A DNA stretch of 63,197 bases, filler included, from Octopus bimaculoides (lineage: Eukaryota): the NCBI RefSeq assembly GCF_001194135.2. It is 6 parts of 6 records of this genome, joined end to end, with 100 filler letters (N's around TTAATTAATTAA, not from the genome) between each part and the next. Parts side by side here need not be neighbours in the genome. Positions count along the whole stretch, not along the records: positions 43,896 to 59,984 come from NC_069007.1; positions 60,085 to 63,197 come from NC_068996.1; 4 more parts are not named here. One strand, given 5' to 3'. Below the pieces are notes generated by a model. It was not told where the DNA came from. It searched no databases and was given only the letters and a program-made list of their open reading frames with translations. Shown piece by piece: positions 51,043 through 63,161 of the stretch. The stretch's first letter is position 1; each line of letters opens with the position of its first letter. The translations under genes were made by a program, and so were the position numbers.

Positions 51043-51430
51043 GGAGGCGCAGTGGCCCAGTGGTTAGGGCAGCGGACTCGCGGTCATAGGATCGCAGTTT
51101 TGATTCCCAGACCTGGCGTTGTGAGTGTTTATTGAGCGAAAACACCTAAAGCTCCACGAGGCTCTGGCAGGGGATGGTGGCGAACCTTGCTGTACTCTTT
51201 CACCACAACTTTCTCTCACTCTTACTTCCTATTTCTGTTGTGCCTGTAATTCAAAGGGTCGGCCTTGTCACACTGTGTCACGCTGAATATCCCCGAGAAC
51301 TACGTTAAGGGTACACGTGTCTGTGGAGTGCTCAGTCACTTGCACGTTAATTTCACGAGCAGGCTGTTCACCGGATCGACTGGAACCCTCGACATCCTAA
51401 GCGACGGAGGGCCAACAACAACAACAACAA
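51043..51430 (+). mobile_element. Full-length tRNA-derived SINE with (AAC)n tail
   Basis: Same family as 26278. The degenerate TSD is CTGTATGGTGTTGT (51029-51042) and CTGTATGATGATTT (51431-51444). Confidence 0.9.
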
Positions 51431-51754
51431 CTGTATGATGATTTGGAGTTGCAGTTATGGAACTTGGGTGGAAGACTGTTACTAAATTTTTTTTAATTGT
51501 TTGTCGTTCTTGGTTGTTTTTTTTGTGGAGAAATTGAGTCTGTTTTTCTGTTTTCTCTTTACTATTTTTTTTCTTCTTTCTAAAAGATATTCAGCTGTTG
51601 TTTATATTTGTTAATGAGTATGCTTTCCTTATTCAAACAGAATTGGGTTGAAGTGTTTCCGGTGCATTGATAGAGAGGGAAGATTTGGTACTTCAGGTTT
51701 ATGCTTACAGGGCATTGGTCTCGACCCCGATCTGCCACCCTCTCCACATCATGG

Positions 51755-52160
51755 TGAAGCATGACCTTTGAACATTGGGCCTCAGAGAAGCAATGACAGG
51801 AGACCAAGGCATTTGGAGATATGCTGTGATTAAGAAGACCTGGCATCTAAAGTGAGATCACAGCCACGCATGTCCGGCCTAGTTAAGAGTACCCCTGATA
51901 CGTTGGGTGATATGATGAGTCAAGTAAAACCAATATCGTAGCTGTGGCTAGTATCCCCTGACTGGCTCCCGTGCCAGTGGCACGTAAAAAGCACCCACTA
52001 CACTCTCTGAGTGGCTGGCATTAGGAAGGGCATCCAGCTGTAGAAACATTGCCAGATCAGATTGGAGCCTGGTGCAGCTGCTGGCTTTCCAGGCCTCACT
52101 CAAACCGTCCAACCCATGCCAGCATGGAAAACGGACGTTAAACGATGATGTTGATGATGA
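51755..52160 (+). mobile_element. RTE-like LINE 3' end with (GAT)n tail
   Basis: VKHDL*TLGLREAMTGDQGIWRYAV followed by a UTR with TTAGGAAGGGCATCCAGCTGTAGAAAC...CCAACCCATGCCAGCATGGAAAACGGACGTTAAACGATGATG. Confidence 0.75.
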
Positions 52161-52729
52161 TATAACTTATGCACATGTGCATTAGCCAAATCTTCTTCAA
52201 ATCACACCCTCATAAAACAACGTGAGATGGTCATGGCTGGAAGCACTTCAATCATTGATCTGCTCAAGTTGGATTGACACAGGGTTAACAGTTGTAAGAA
52301 CAACTACAACAACCTGCATGCATGTTATATGGTCACCTAGCCTGTTAGAAATAGCAGCTAAATCTCCTTCAAATCACAGCTTTCTTTCTAAAATACAAAA
52401 CAGAAAGGACATATTGAATATTGTAGTCCAAGATATACTTGGATAAGATGAATCAGCACTGACCTGGGTCTAAACAGCACAACAACAACAATAATGACAA
52501 CAACATTGCAGTTGCACTATTACATAGAAGCACTCTCACACATCTCTTCTCACCCCAACACCCACCTTACCATACTGTCACCTCCACCTCCTTCACCACC
52601 ACCACCACCACCACCACCACACACTCCACAAAACACCAACGTTAAAAGGTTCTGCTGCCACCTGATCTCTGCCCCGATCTGCCACCATCACCACACCATG
52701 TTCCTTCATTTCTTGCAAGCCATAAACAT

Positions 52730-53480
52730 TATTAATATCTCCCTCCCCTCTCTCCTCATCTCTCCTCCTCCTCCTCCTCCTCCTCTCTCTCTCTCTTTCT
52801 CTCCTCGTTTCTCCTCCTCCTCCTCTCTCTTGCATCCTCTCTCAAGCATCCTCTCTCACTCTCTCTCTCTCTCTCACCTTATTACTCCATACACTTTCAT
52901 TTCTTCTCTCCTCTTCTTCCGCTTCCTCCTCTCTTTCTCCTCTTCTCAGTCTTTTCTTCCTCTTCTCTTTCTTCATCTTCTCTCTCTCTCTACTTCCTCT
53001 TCTTCCCCTCTCTTTCTCCTCTTCTCTCTCTCCCTCTTCTTCTCCCTCTCTCTACTTCCTCTTCTCTCTCTTACTTCCTCTTCTCTCTCTGTCTTTCTCC
53101 TCTTCTCTCTCTTTTTCTTCCTCTTCTCTCTCTGTCTTCCTCCTCTTCTCTCTTCATCCCCTTCTCTCTCTCTCTTCTCTTTCTTCCTCTTGTCTGTTTC
53201 CCTCATATTTCCCCTTCCTCCTCTTCTCTCTCTCTTCATCCCCTTCTCTCTCTCTTGTTCTCTCTCGCTCTTCATTTTCTCTCCTCTCTCTCCTCTTCTC
53301 TCTCCTATCATATTCTCCCCTTCCTCTTTTCACTACCATTGTCCCCTCAACCTCTTCCTTGCTATCTCTATCCTTTCTATGTCTCTCCCTCCCTCCCTCT
53401 CTCTCTCCCATTCTTTTTATCCTTCTATATTTCTCTCCACCCTTCTCCATCCTCTTCACATTATCATTTTCTCATCCATT
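52730..53480. repeat. Polypyrimidine/polypurine (CT/CCT/CTT) tract of about 750 bp
   Basis: The plus strand is almost entirely C and T. Confidence 0.95.
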
Positions 53481-54564
53481 TCTCACATGGATTTATTTTT
53501 TCACTTTTTCTTTCTCCATCAACAAAACTGCCACCATTAAAACCACCTTTGTCACCTCCACCACCACTACCACCACTTCTGCCACCACCATCTTCACCAT
53601 CACTCCCACCACCAAACCACTTTTGCTGCATTGGGAACATGCGGTACTGACCCCCTACGTCCACCGGGATTCTCAGATTAACTCAAATGAAAAAAAAATA
53701 CATAAAAAAGAGCAAATACATATATACTTGCTTATTTATACATACATACACACACACACGCACATGCACACAAACAGATATATGTTCAATACACACATGC
53801 ATATGCATACACACATACCCCTATATATGCATTCATATATATGTGTGTGTATATACACAATATGTATATNNNNNNNNNNNNNNNNNNNNNNNNNNNNNNN
53901 NNNNNNNNNNNNNNNNNNNNNNNNNNNNNNNNNNNNNNNNNNNNNNNNNNNNNNNNNNNNNNNNNNNNNNNNNNNNNNNNNNNNNNNNNNNNNNNNNNNN
54001 NNNNNNNNNNNNNNNNNNNNNNNNNNNNNNNNNNNNNNNNNNNNNNNNNNNNNNNNNNNNNNNNNNNNNNNNNNNNNNNNNNNNNNNNNNNNNNNNNNNN
54101 NNNNNNNNNNNNNNNNNNNNNNNNNNNNNNNNNNNNNNNNNNNNNNNNNNNNNNNNNNNNNNNNNNNNNNNNNNNNNNNNNNNNNNNNNNNNNNNNNNNN
54201 NNNNNNNNNNNNNNNNNNNNNNNNNNNNNNNNNNNNNNNNNNNNNNNNNNNNNNNNNNNNNNNNNNNNNNNNNNNNNNNNNNNNNNNNNNNNNNNNNNNN
54301 NNNNNNNNNNNNNNNNNNNNNNNNNNNNNNNNNNNNNNNNNNNNNNNNNNNNNNNNNNNNNNNNNNNNNNNNNNNNNNNNNNNNNNNNNNATATATACAT
54401 ATATAACTGTAAAACTTGTAACAAAATAAAAATGGGAATTGTTTATAAAAACAATAATGCCGATAAAAAGCAATAAAAATAATAGTAATAATAATAATGA
54501 AACCTAAATCATAATTTGAGTTATCTAGAAGCTGCCAACGACATTTTACACTTTTCTGAGATTT

Positions 54565-55525
54565 GATCCATGTTTGTTTTGTATGTTTGTGCTTGTGTTG
54601 TTGCCAAGTTGAATGGCCGAGAGGTGTGCTGTTTATTTTAACAGATTCATTCTTGCAGTACGAGTGGGATGTTTCATCTCATGTTTGTGTATGTATGTAT
54701 GTGTGTGTGTGTGTGTGTGTGTGCGTTTACATAGGGTGTGTGAGGGGTAAAGAGCTCTTGTTTTACTCTTGCCAAGTGGTTTGCCCAAGAGCTGTTTTGT
54801 TCAGAAGATCCAATCCTGAAAACTTTAGAAAACAATCAATACATAAATAAATAAATGAATAAAAAATTATTAAAAAAAGAATTAGAAGCCCCAAAGAAGA
54901 GACCATCATGTGCTCGTATTCCATAACATCAACTCAGCCTGAGATCTGGGAGTTTTCCATATGCCTCATGCCCTCCATGTGGTTTCGGTCCAGGTGCCAA
55001 AATCTATGATGTGGATGTGTTTTTGTTGTTGTCGTTGAGACATTTTAGTCCAAATTTGTTTCTGTTAATTTGTTGTTGTTGTTTGTATTAGTGTAGGTGC
55101 CACAAGATCAATTCTGACCTAGTAGATCTCTGATCAAAACACGTTCCAGTTGTGACCATTTCTTCTGCCAAGGATTACAACATCACATGCTGTCTTTTTT
55201 TTTTTAAGGAGAGTAGAATGTGATTTAACAGTAATTTGGCAGATGTTTCTAGCAGAGTGAATCAGTGTTTGCATTAAAGAGACAGAGTGTGTCTCTAACA
55301 GTTGGCTATTGTTGTTGTTGTTGTTGTCGTAGTCAGTTCTGATCCAGCAGGTCTTTGGATGAAAACAGAACAAGCAGCCCCTCTCCTTTCCCTTTTTCTC
55401 CACACATACCACAAGAACCAATCTATTGGAAGAAACAACATGGTTCTTGGCCATTCAACTTGGCAACAACACAAACATAACCACAGTACAAGCACTACTA
55501 CAACACAAAACAAACATTCTACACA
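54565..55525. repeat. Diverged inverted repeat pair
   Basis: Perfect 26-bp inverted match between 54593-54618 and 55449-55474, with weaker similarity over arms of about 200 bp. Confidence 0.8.
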
Positions 55526-55720
55526 CAAACAAACCCTGATTCCCCACCACTACCACCAACACTATCACCACCACCACCACTTTGACCACCACCACCACTA
55601 TCACCACCACCACCATCAGCTGCTACATGTCTTGGCAGCTTCTAGAAAATTCAAATTATGATAAAGATTTTTTTTTCTGTTCATAATGTCTTTTAAATGT
55701 ATTTTATTTTCATTTTGTAG

Positions 55721-55947
55721 TCATATATTTTTATATACGCTCCAGCCAGAACACCTCATCTGTTTTCCATAATAAAATAATGTTTTGTGGTCTGTAAAGA
55801 AGAAGCAACCATGTTTTGGGGATAGAGATTTCTCTATGTTATTCACATGAAAATTCCAGTAGACATAATCACAAATCATGAAGACTAGCATTTCTTGGGA
55901 CTTTGGTGGTTTAATTATATGTAGTCTATAAATAGGCTGTACAATTC
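55721..55947 (-). CDS. Candidate terminal exon of unknown protein
   Basis: Weak TCTAG acceptor, then GIVQPIYRLHIIKPPKSQEMLVFMICDYVYWNFHVNNIEKSLSPKHGCFFFTDHKTLFYYGKQMRCSGWSVYKNI*. AATAAA lies at 55703-55708 on the minus strand. Confidence 0.25.
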
Positions 55948-56619
55948 CTAGATTCATACTATTTATATAAATGTGTAATATGCACTTTTTATTATAACAA
56001 AACATGTGATTTCCATCATGTTGTCTTTACAGCCAATATAATTTTACATCCTACACTAGTAATGTTCAGAGGCCAGTTTAGAATTTGTTATTGGTTTGTT
56101 TTAGAAACTTGATAATTTTTCAGTATATTTTATACAGCAATTATAATAAATCAGACTAGATACTTTCTTTCCACACATCATAACTCTAATGATAAATCAG
56201 TATATATTATACAAGAGAGTCATGTCCCCTTCCATTTCCACTGACAGAGATCTTATGATGTTTCTTCCTTCTTGTGAATAAAATAGATGCACACTGAAAA
56301 TTATACATGATAATTGATTAGTGCATTATTATTTTAGGTAATTAATCTTTTGTACACTCATTAATTTATTGTGCACATTAATTTCTTTTGTGCATTGATT
56401 GCAAAATATTGCATTCATGCATCCATGCACACAACTTAGAGATAATGGGACACAAGAGAGTTTTGTCAAGGATTTCATTGTCCATAACTGTGGACACACT
56501 CTGCATGAGTGTATATGATATTGTGGGTGTATATTATATGTGTGTATTATATAGGAACATGTATTTACACATGAATATGTATTATAAGTGGACATTATGT
56601 ATGTATTTAATATGTGAAT

Positions 56620-56950
56620 GTGCATGGCTCAGTGGTTAGAGCATTGGGCTTACAATTGTGAAGTTGTGAGTTCAATTCCCAGAGCAAGTTGTGTGTTATG
56701 TTCTTGAGCAAGACACTTTATTTCATGTTGCTCCAGTTCACTCAGCTGTAGAAATGAGTTGCAACATGACTGGTGCCAAACTGTATCGGCCCCTTTGCCT
56801 TTCCCTTGGACAACATTAGTAGTGTGGAGAAAGGAGGTTGGTATGCATGGGTAAGTGCTGGCCTTCCACAAACAACCTTGCCCAAATTTGTACCTGAGAG
56901 GGGAACTCTCTAGGTGCAATCTCATGGTCATTTATAACCGAAGGGGGTCT
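56620..56950 (+). mobile_element. SINE family D, full length, CpG-depleted
   Basis: GCATGGCTCAGTGGTTAGAGC...GAGTTCAATTCC...TTGAGCAAGACACTTT...CTCCAGTTCACTCAGCTGTAGAAATGAG...ACCGAAGGGGGTCTT. Confidence 0.8.
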
Positions 56951-57071
56951 TAAATTATATGTGAATCAGTGTTATTCATATGGCTATATGTTATATATGG
57001 GTGTATACAATTTTTTTTTTACTCACATATATGCATATATACATATGTGTATGTATATATATGTATATGTA

Positions 57072-57157
<86 letters not shown>

Positions 57158-57214
57158 CATACATACATACATACATACATACATACATACATACTCACAC
57201 ATACACACACACAC

Positions 57215-57300
57215 CAGAGACCTTGAAGTAATTGTAGATAACAATCTAAACTGGAGTTCCCACATAAACACCAAGGTTGACTTGACCCACAGGATGTGCT
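57215..57300 (+). mobile_element. CR1/L2-type RT fragment
   Basis: [21 protein letters not shown] resembles the CR1 motif KDLGVIVDxKLxWxxHI. Confidence 0.6.
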
Positions 57301-57802
57301 CGATCGGACAATCTACTAATGCCCAATCTGCCATGTAGTGGCACTGAACCCAGAACCATGTGGTGGAGAAGCAAACTTCTCACTATACAACCATACCTGC
57401 ACCTATTTAAGAGATATGTCTCTCGATCAGTTCTCTGCGACCTCTATTTGCACTTGCGGTACACTTAAATTCTTTCCAAAATTTGGTGGCACTCCTGAAC
57501 TTAAAATATAACTAAAAGGATAGTAGGGGGTGGAAATTATATTCAATTGACCCTGTGACACACCTAGCATCATCATACCAGTCGCTCTAGATCATGGATA
57601 CAATGTGGTGTTTTGATACTGTTATGAAATGAGCAGATATAGTATCTTGAACAGGGACACACTGAAGTGTCTTAATTATAAAAGTCATGTCTTGTTTTTG
57701 ACAGAATATGAACCTAAAAAAGTAGACTATGACATTTCATAACTGGCAAGGTCATTCAGAATCCTGTGGGGTGTTGTTGACTGAGTCAACACCGTCATTA
57801 TT

Positions 57803-57990
57803 ATCATCATCATTGTTTCACATCCATTTTCTATGCTGGCATGGGTTGGTTGATTTGACAGGAGCTGGCCTGCTGGGGAGCTGTCCAGACTCCAGTTGTC
57901 TGTTTGGCATGGTTTCTATGGCTGGGTGCTCTTCTTAACACCAACCACTTTACAGAGTGTATTGGATGCTTTTACACACCCTGACATGGG
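57803..57990 (-). mobile_element. RTE-type 3' tail, same family as 51960-52160
   Basis: CATCATCATTGTTTCACATCCATTTTCTATGCTGGCATGGGTTGG is the reverse complement of the 52110-52155 tail with CpG decay. Confidence 0.75.
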
Positions 57991-58205
57991 TGGATTTACA
58001 AGGTACTGACAGGAATGCATTTTACATATGAAACTCTAAATACTGGCCATCACATTTGAACGACAAGCAATTGACCAGCAACTCTGGCTAATGTCCTTGA
58101 CAGATGTTTCTCTAGCTGATAGTTTTGACTTAATAATCTGTCAAGTCATCCACCCGTCCATCTGTTTGCTCCGCAGATTTGATAAGGAAGGTTGAGTTAA
58201 AATAC

Positions 58206-58281
58206 CTGATGATGAAAATCCATTACAGTAACAGTTCCACTAACACAATCAAGAAACAATGAAATATTTGTGAAGAATTTG
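58206..58281 (-). CDS. Best candidate internal host exon (76 nt) of unknown protein
   Basis: Strong acceptor TTCTTTTTCTTTCTCTTTCAG and donor CAG|GTATTT. A single frame is open: KFFTNISLFLDCVSGTVTVMDFHHQ (phase 2 to 0). Confidence 0.45.
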
Positions 58282-58766
58282 CTGAAAGAGAAAGAAAAAG
58301 AATGTGTGTATGTAGAGAGAGAGGGGGGAGGGAGAAAGTGTGTGTGTGAGGGAGGGGAAAAGAAAAATATATAAACATGACAACAAATCAGTTTCTGTAA
58401 TCATTGTTATTATTATTATTAATATTGTTATCTTCATTATTATAATCTTTACTATTGTTATTATTAGTAGCAGTAAAATAAATTGCTTTTACTTATGTTT
58501 GTACCGTCCTTTTAGCAAAATTGACATAAACACATATACACGCACGTATAAATATGCATATACACGAATTTATCTTAAAAGACGCATCTGTATACATATG
58601 TTTATGTTAATGTGTTTATTTAATCATATATATGTAATATATACATACACATATGCATATGAATGAATATTCACATAACATACATATATATTGATCTATT
58701 TACACATATTCATAAATTATATTCCCATATATATATACACATACATATATATATATAAAGATATAG

Positions 58767-58803
<37 letters not shown>

Positions 58804-59047
58804 NNNNNNNNNNNNNNNNNNNNNNNNNNNNNNNNNNNNNNNNNNNNNNNNNNNNNNNNNNNNNNNNNNNNNNNNNNNNNNNNNNNNNNNNNNNNNNNNN
58901 NNNNNNNNNNNNNNNNNNNNNNNNNNNNNNNNNNNNNNNNNNNNNNNNNNNNNNNNNNNACACACACATACATATATATACATATATATTTATATATATA
59001 TATAGATATATAGATATATACACACACACACACACACGCACACACAC

Positions 59048-59088
<41 letters not shown>

Positions 59089-59319
59089 TATATATGTATG
59101 TATATATATATACTCTCAATGCGATAATTGGTTCATTGGTAAATTTACTTCCCTCTAGAACCTTCGTCCCATATTTCCCCTCTTCCTCATCTCTTCTTCT
59201 TTACTCTGTCTCCTTCTTCTTCTCCAAATCTCAGAATGCTTCTGGCAAATTCTTCTGACAGAATTAACTTCTATTTCCTGCCTCCTTAGACTCTTCCCTC
59301 ACCAACTTCTTCTGGCTTG

Positions 59320-59984
59320 TCTTTGTGCTTCTCATAGTTGTTGTCGTTACTGCTATTATTATTATTATAATCATCATCATCATTATTATTATTATTATTG
59401 TTGTTGTTGTTGTTGGCTTTCCCCAATTGTCTCCTCTTAATGTCCTCATCGCTTTCTTCACTCGCCAATCAACTACAGACTTCACTAGTTTGTCATCAAT
59501 ACCAATACCACCATTTCCACCACTACAGCCACCACAATCAACATCATCCTTACCATCATCATCATCATCCTCATCATCATTATCATCGTCATCTTCATCG
59601 TCATCATTATCATCATCATTGCTTTTGTCATCAGTCATTTTGATCTTCATCATTATTATCATTGTCAGTTGCCATCTTCAGCAGGATCAGTCATCATCAT
59701 CATCATCACCACCACCACCACCATGACCATCACCATTACAACTATCCCCACAATGATAATAACCATCATCATCACCATCATTATTTCCATCATCATCATC
59801 ACCATTATTTCCATTGACACCAACATCATCATGTTGTTGCCCTCATCATTGCCACCACCACCAACACCACCACCACCACCAACACCACCACCAACACCAC
59901 CACCACCACCAACACCACCACCACCACCATAATCATCATCATCATCATCATCCACTTCATGCTGCAGTATTTGTGGCATCACTC
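59320..59984. repeat. Compound trinucleotide low-complexity tract (TTA/TTG/CAT/CAC/CCA)
   Basis: Direct inspection. Confidence 0.9.
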
Positions 59985-60084
59985 NNNNNNNNNNNNNNNN
60001 NNNNNNNNNNNNNNNNNNNNNNNNNNNNTTAATTAATTAANNNNNNNNNNNNNNNNNNNNNNNNNNNNNNNNNNNNNNNNNNNN
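59985..60084. other. Artificial scaffold linker
   Basis: N44-TTAATTAATTAA-N44. Confidence 0.95.
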
Positions 60085-60185
60085 AACTTGTTGTCTCTTG
60101 AGGTCTCTGGGTGAGACTTGGATCCAACTTGTACAAATGCAAAACAAAAGTCAAACATAAAATAATAATAATAATAATAATAATG

Positions 60186-60264
<79 letters not shown>

Positions 60265-60275
60265 AAATAATAATG
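60085..60275 (+). mobile_element. R4/Dong-like 3' terminus with long (AAT)n tail
   Basis: TTGAGGTCTCTGGGTGAGACTTGGATCCAACTTG matches the 48620-48690 UTR. The tail spans about 60163-60270. Confidence 0.8.
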
Positions 60276-60655
60276 CCCTGACGCAGTACCATGCACTAGT
60301 TCTCATGGCTTCTCACGGAATCAGAGCCATGTGTTGAGAGGATTTCTTTCGGGTTGGAATAATTCACATCAGGAAACATTGGGTGTTTCGTTCAACATCC
60401 TAAGACAACCTTTAATCAAGGACCTCTTGAGCAGAATGGGCTACTCGACCAGAAGAAAATTCTAACTGGGTCCCACCTGCAAGGTAATGTGCTGTTTATC
60501 TCGTTATAAGGTCATCATGTCACGCACATATGGTTGTTATGTATGTGCCTGGTGTACCCTTATCAGACGGGTAGTCATTGTGGGTAAATTGGGTTTCGTA
60601 CCCTAGTGCCATTTTGATGGCATGCACTGCTTTCTCACTCAATAATAATAATAAT
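60276..60655. mobile_element. Non-coding repeat (probable LINE UTR) embedded in (AAT)n
   Basis: A GC-richer block beginning GCCCTGACGCAGTACC and ending CTCACTC, with (AAT)n on both sides. Orientation is uncertain. Confidence 0.5.
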
Positions 60656-60667
60656 AAGAAGAAGAAG

Positions 60668-61425
60668 AAGATTATATATACAACATATGGAAGGTAGTAG
60701 AGGCCTTATACAACTAGAAAACTATTACAAAATAACCACCATAGGACTACAAAAATACCTACTTCAGAATCAAGGAAAACTTATACAAATAGCCACAAAA
60801 CACGAACGAAACAAAAAACTGTTTTGAGTCTTTAGGGAAGCTGACAAATACAAATGAGAAGTCATACTACCTAACAACTATGAATAAAAAGAAGAAACAA
60901 CAAAAGCTGTACTACAACTGAAATCCAAACTATAACTGGAACACCAATGGATCATGATAAAACGATGGCAAGAAAAGCCCCTACATGGTAAATACTGGGC
61001 TAAACTAAATGCAAAAGAAATAGACAGAGAAAAATCCCAGCAATGGCTGAGAAGTTCAGGACTCAAAGCAAGGACTGAAGGATTTTTAATTGCTGCACAA
61101 GACCAAAGCCTCCCCACCAGAAATTACCAAAAACATATAATGAAAAGAAACATAACAAGTAACTGTAGAATATGTGGAAATGGACAAGAAACAATAAATC
61201 ATATTATCTCTGGCTGCCCAGTCCTGGCTAAGAAGGAATATACTTAGTCACGACAGAGGTGGGACCTATATACACTGGAAGCTATGCCAACACCATGGAA
61301 TAACAACAGAAAAAAGATGGTATAAACAAACGCCAGAGAAGGCTACAGAAAATAAGAAAGCAACCATTCTATCGGATATGCCAATACATACAGATAGAGA
61401 AATTAAGGCCAATAGGCCAGATATA
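60668..61425 (+). mobile_element. R4/Dong-like LINE fragment (thumb, CCHC knuckle, start of RLE)
   Basis: RGLIQLENYYKITTIGL, WQEKPLHGKY, LIAAQDQSL, CRICGNGQETINHIISGC, YIHWKLC and ANRPDI. Confidence 0.85.
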
Positions 61426-62450
61426 GGAATTTTCCAAGGTGACAACCTATCTACGTTGTTTTTCGTTCTCTGAATGTTACCCCTGACCTTAATATTTAGG
61501 AAAATGAACCTCGGGTACCAACTAAAAGAAAAATCCCAAACAATCAACTACCTCCCCTACATGGATGATTTGAAACCGTGTGGCAAAGATGAAGCACAAG
61601 TGAATTCCTTGGTGAACACGGTCCACTTATTTAGTACTGATATTAGAATGGAATTTGAACACAGGAAATGCAGAATACTCTACCTAAAAAGAGGCAAGGT
61701 ACAGTCCCTAGCAGGGAAAGAATTATCTAATAGAGACTTGATTAAACAAATTGAAACTGAAAGATAAAAATACCTACAACGAGATAATGGAAAAGGAAAT
61801 GAAAGAACAACTGAGGATGGAATATTCCTAAGGACTGAGGTCGGCGTTGCGCTCAAAATTGACTGGATGGAATAAAATCCAAGCAGTTAATACATGTTAT
61901 ACATACATATGCATACACATATATATGCCTATAAATATCTACTAATAATCTTTTTATTAAGTCAACAATATTGCGATATGTATCTATCAATCTCTTTACC
62001 TATCTGCTATTAAATGTATGTGTACATACCGGAGTATCACTTCGGTATGGAGCGAGAATCATAAAATGGCAAAAGAGAGAAGTGAAGAAAATGGATACCA
62101 AGACCAGAAAAATGTTGATAGTTCACCGAGCCTTTCAGCCAGAGAGTGACACCGATAGGCTGTACTTGTCCATAAGAACGGCTGGAAAAGGCTTTATCAG
62201 TTGCCAGGTCTGTATCGAAACAGAGAAAAACAGCCTACGGCGGTACTGAAGGAGATGCCCTGGACCCACTGTTGGAACACACAGTTATCAACACTGAAAA
62301 TTGTGTAACTAATGAAAAATTTAAACAACAGGTGAACAAAAAAGAAAAAAAATGAAAAACATGGAAAGAAAAGAAAATGTATGGTCAATTTGCTAGAGAT
62401 GTGAACGCAAAGACAGATAAAGAGGACCGGTGGCTAGGAATAAGGAGGAG
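61426..62450 (+). mobile_element. Second R4/Dong-like fragment (RT core to thumb) of a different subfamily
   Basis: GIFQGDNLS, YMDDLK, SLRYGARIIKW, DTKTRKML, DRLYL and WKEKKMYGQF. A microsatellite-rich segment interrupts it at about 61890-62025. Confidence 0.85.
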
Positions 62451-62542
62451 TGACCATATCAAAAGGAAATGGAAATTAATAAAAATTTTCGTTCCAAGTG
62501 GCCTAGGGTATAAAAGTTTAGTCCAAAGACTATGAATTACTC

Positions 62543-63161
62543 ATAAGGTACAGTGTATATTTAAATACATAAGAAGAATCCACTCATGAGATTCCTTAGG
62601 CTAGAAAGAAGTGCTAGGTTCTAGAACTACAAAATTAGGGATAAAATTTCGAAAGGAACGAAATGAAAAATAAAAACTTTTACCATCTCTTTCCTAGACC
62701 TAATTGGTTTCCGACTTTAGTTTAGCAAATAAGATAATTTGCTGGGGGAAGTCGTTTCCATTTCCCTTTGATATGATTAAGTATTTATAAGTTTTTTGGA
62801 TAATTTTCGAATTTTAAAAGTTGGCGTGTTTTTATTGCCGGCGAAGAGCTGCGCCTGCGCAGTAGATCTGAAAAGTTTAGGATGTATAAACGGGAGGCAT
62901 GGAATTGATTGCCTCGTGTTTATATATTTCAGTCTTAGGTGTACCTGTTGAAAACGACTTCACCTAGCAATTTATCTGAAATTGCTAAACTAAAGTCAGA
63001 AGTCAATTTGCTCCAAGAGAAGAAATGGTAAAAGTTTTTATTTTTCATTCCGTTCCTTTCGAGATTTTATCCCTAATTTTGTGGTTCTAGAACCTAGCTG
63101 TTCTTTCTAGCGTAAAGAATTCCCATGAGTGGATTCCTCTTATGTATTTATATATACACTG

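Noticed and set aside
51043-51115. tRNA gene calls at SINE heads (also 1725, 2265, 26570, 43985, 56630)
   Set aside because: A and B boxes are present but the cloverleaf does not close, and each continues into a SINE or PLE body.
52494-54429. Long 348-aa and 356-aa ORFs rich in L/S/F/P
   Set aside because: They arise from the CT-rich tract and a gap, which lack stop codons by composition.
40414-55770. Four-exon plus-strand model (40414, 46985, 50053, 55721) whose phases can be chained
   Set aside because: The resulting peptide of about 66 aa resembles nothing, the model crosses a synthetic join, and phase chaining is easy to obtain by chance.
59264-59982. Acidic, Asn-, His- and Ile-rich ORFs
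   Set aside because: Trinucleotide repeats are open in several frames on both strands, with no splice or domain support.
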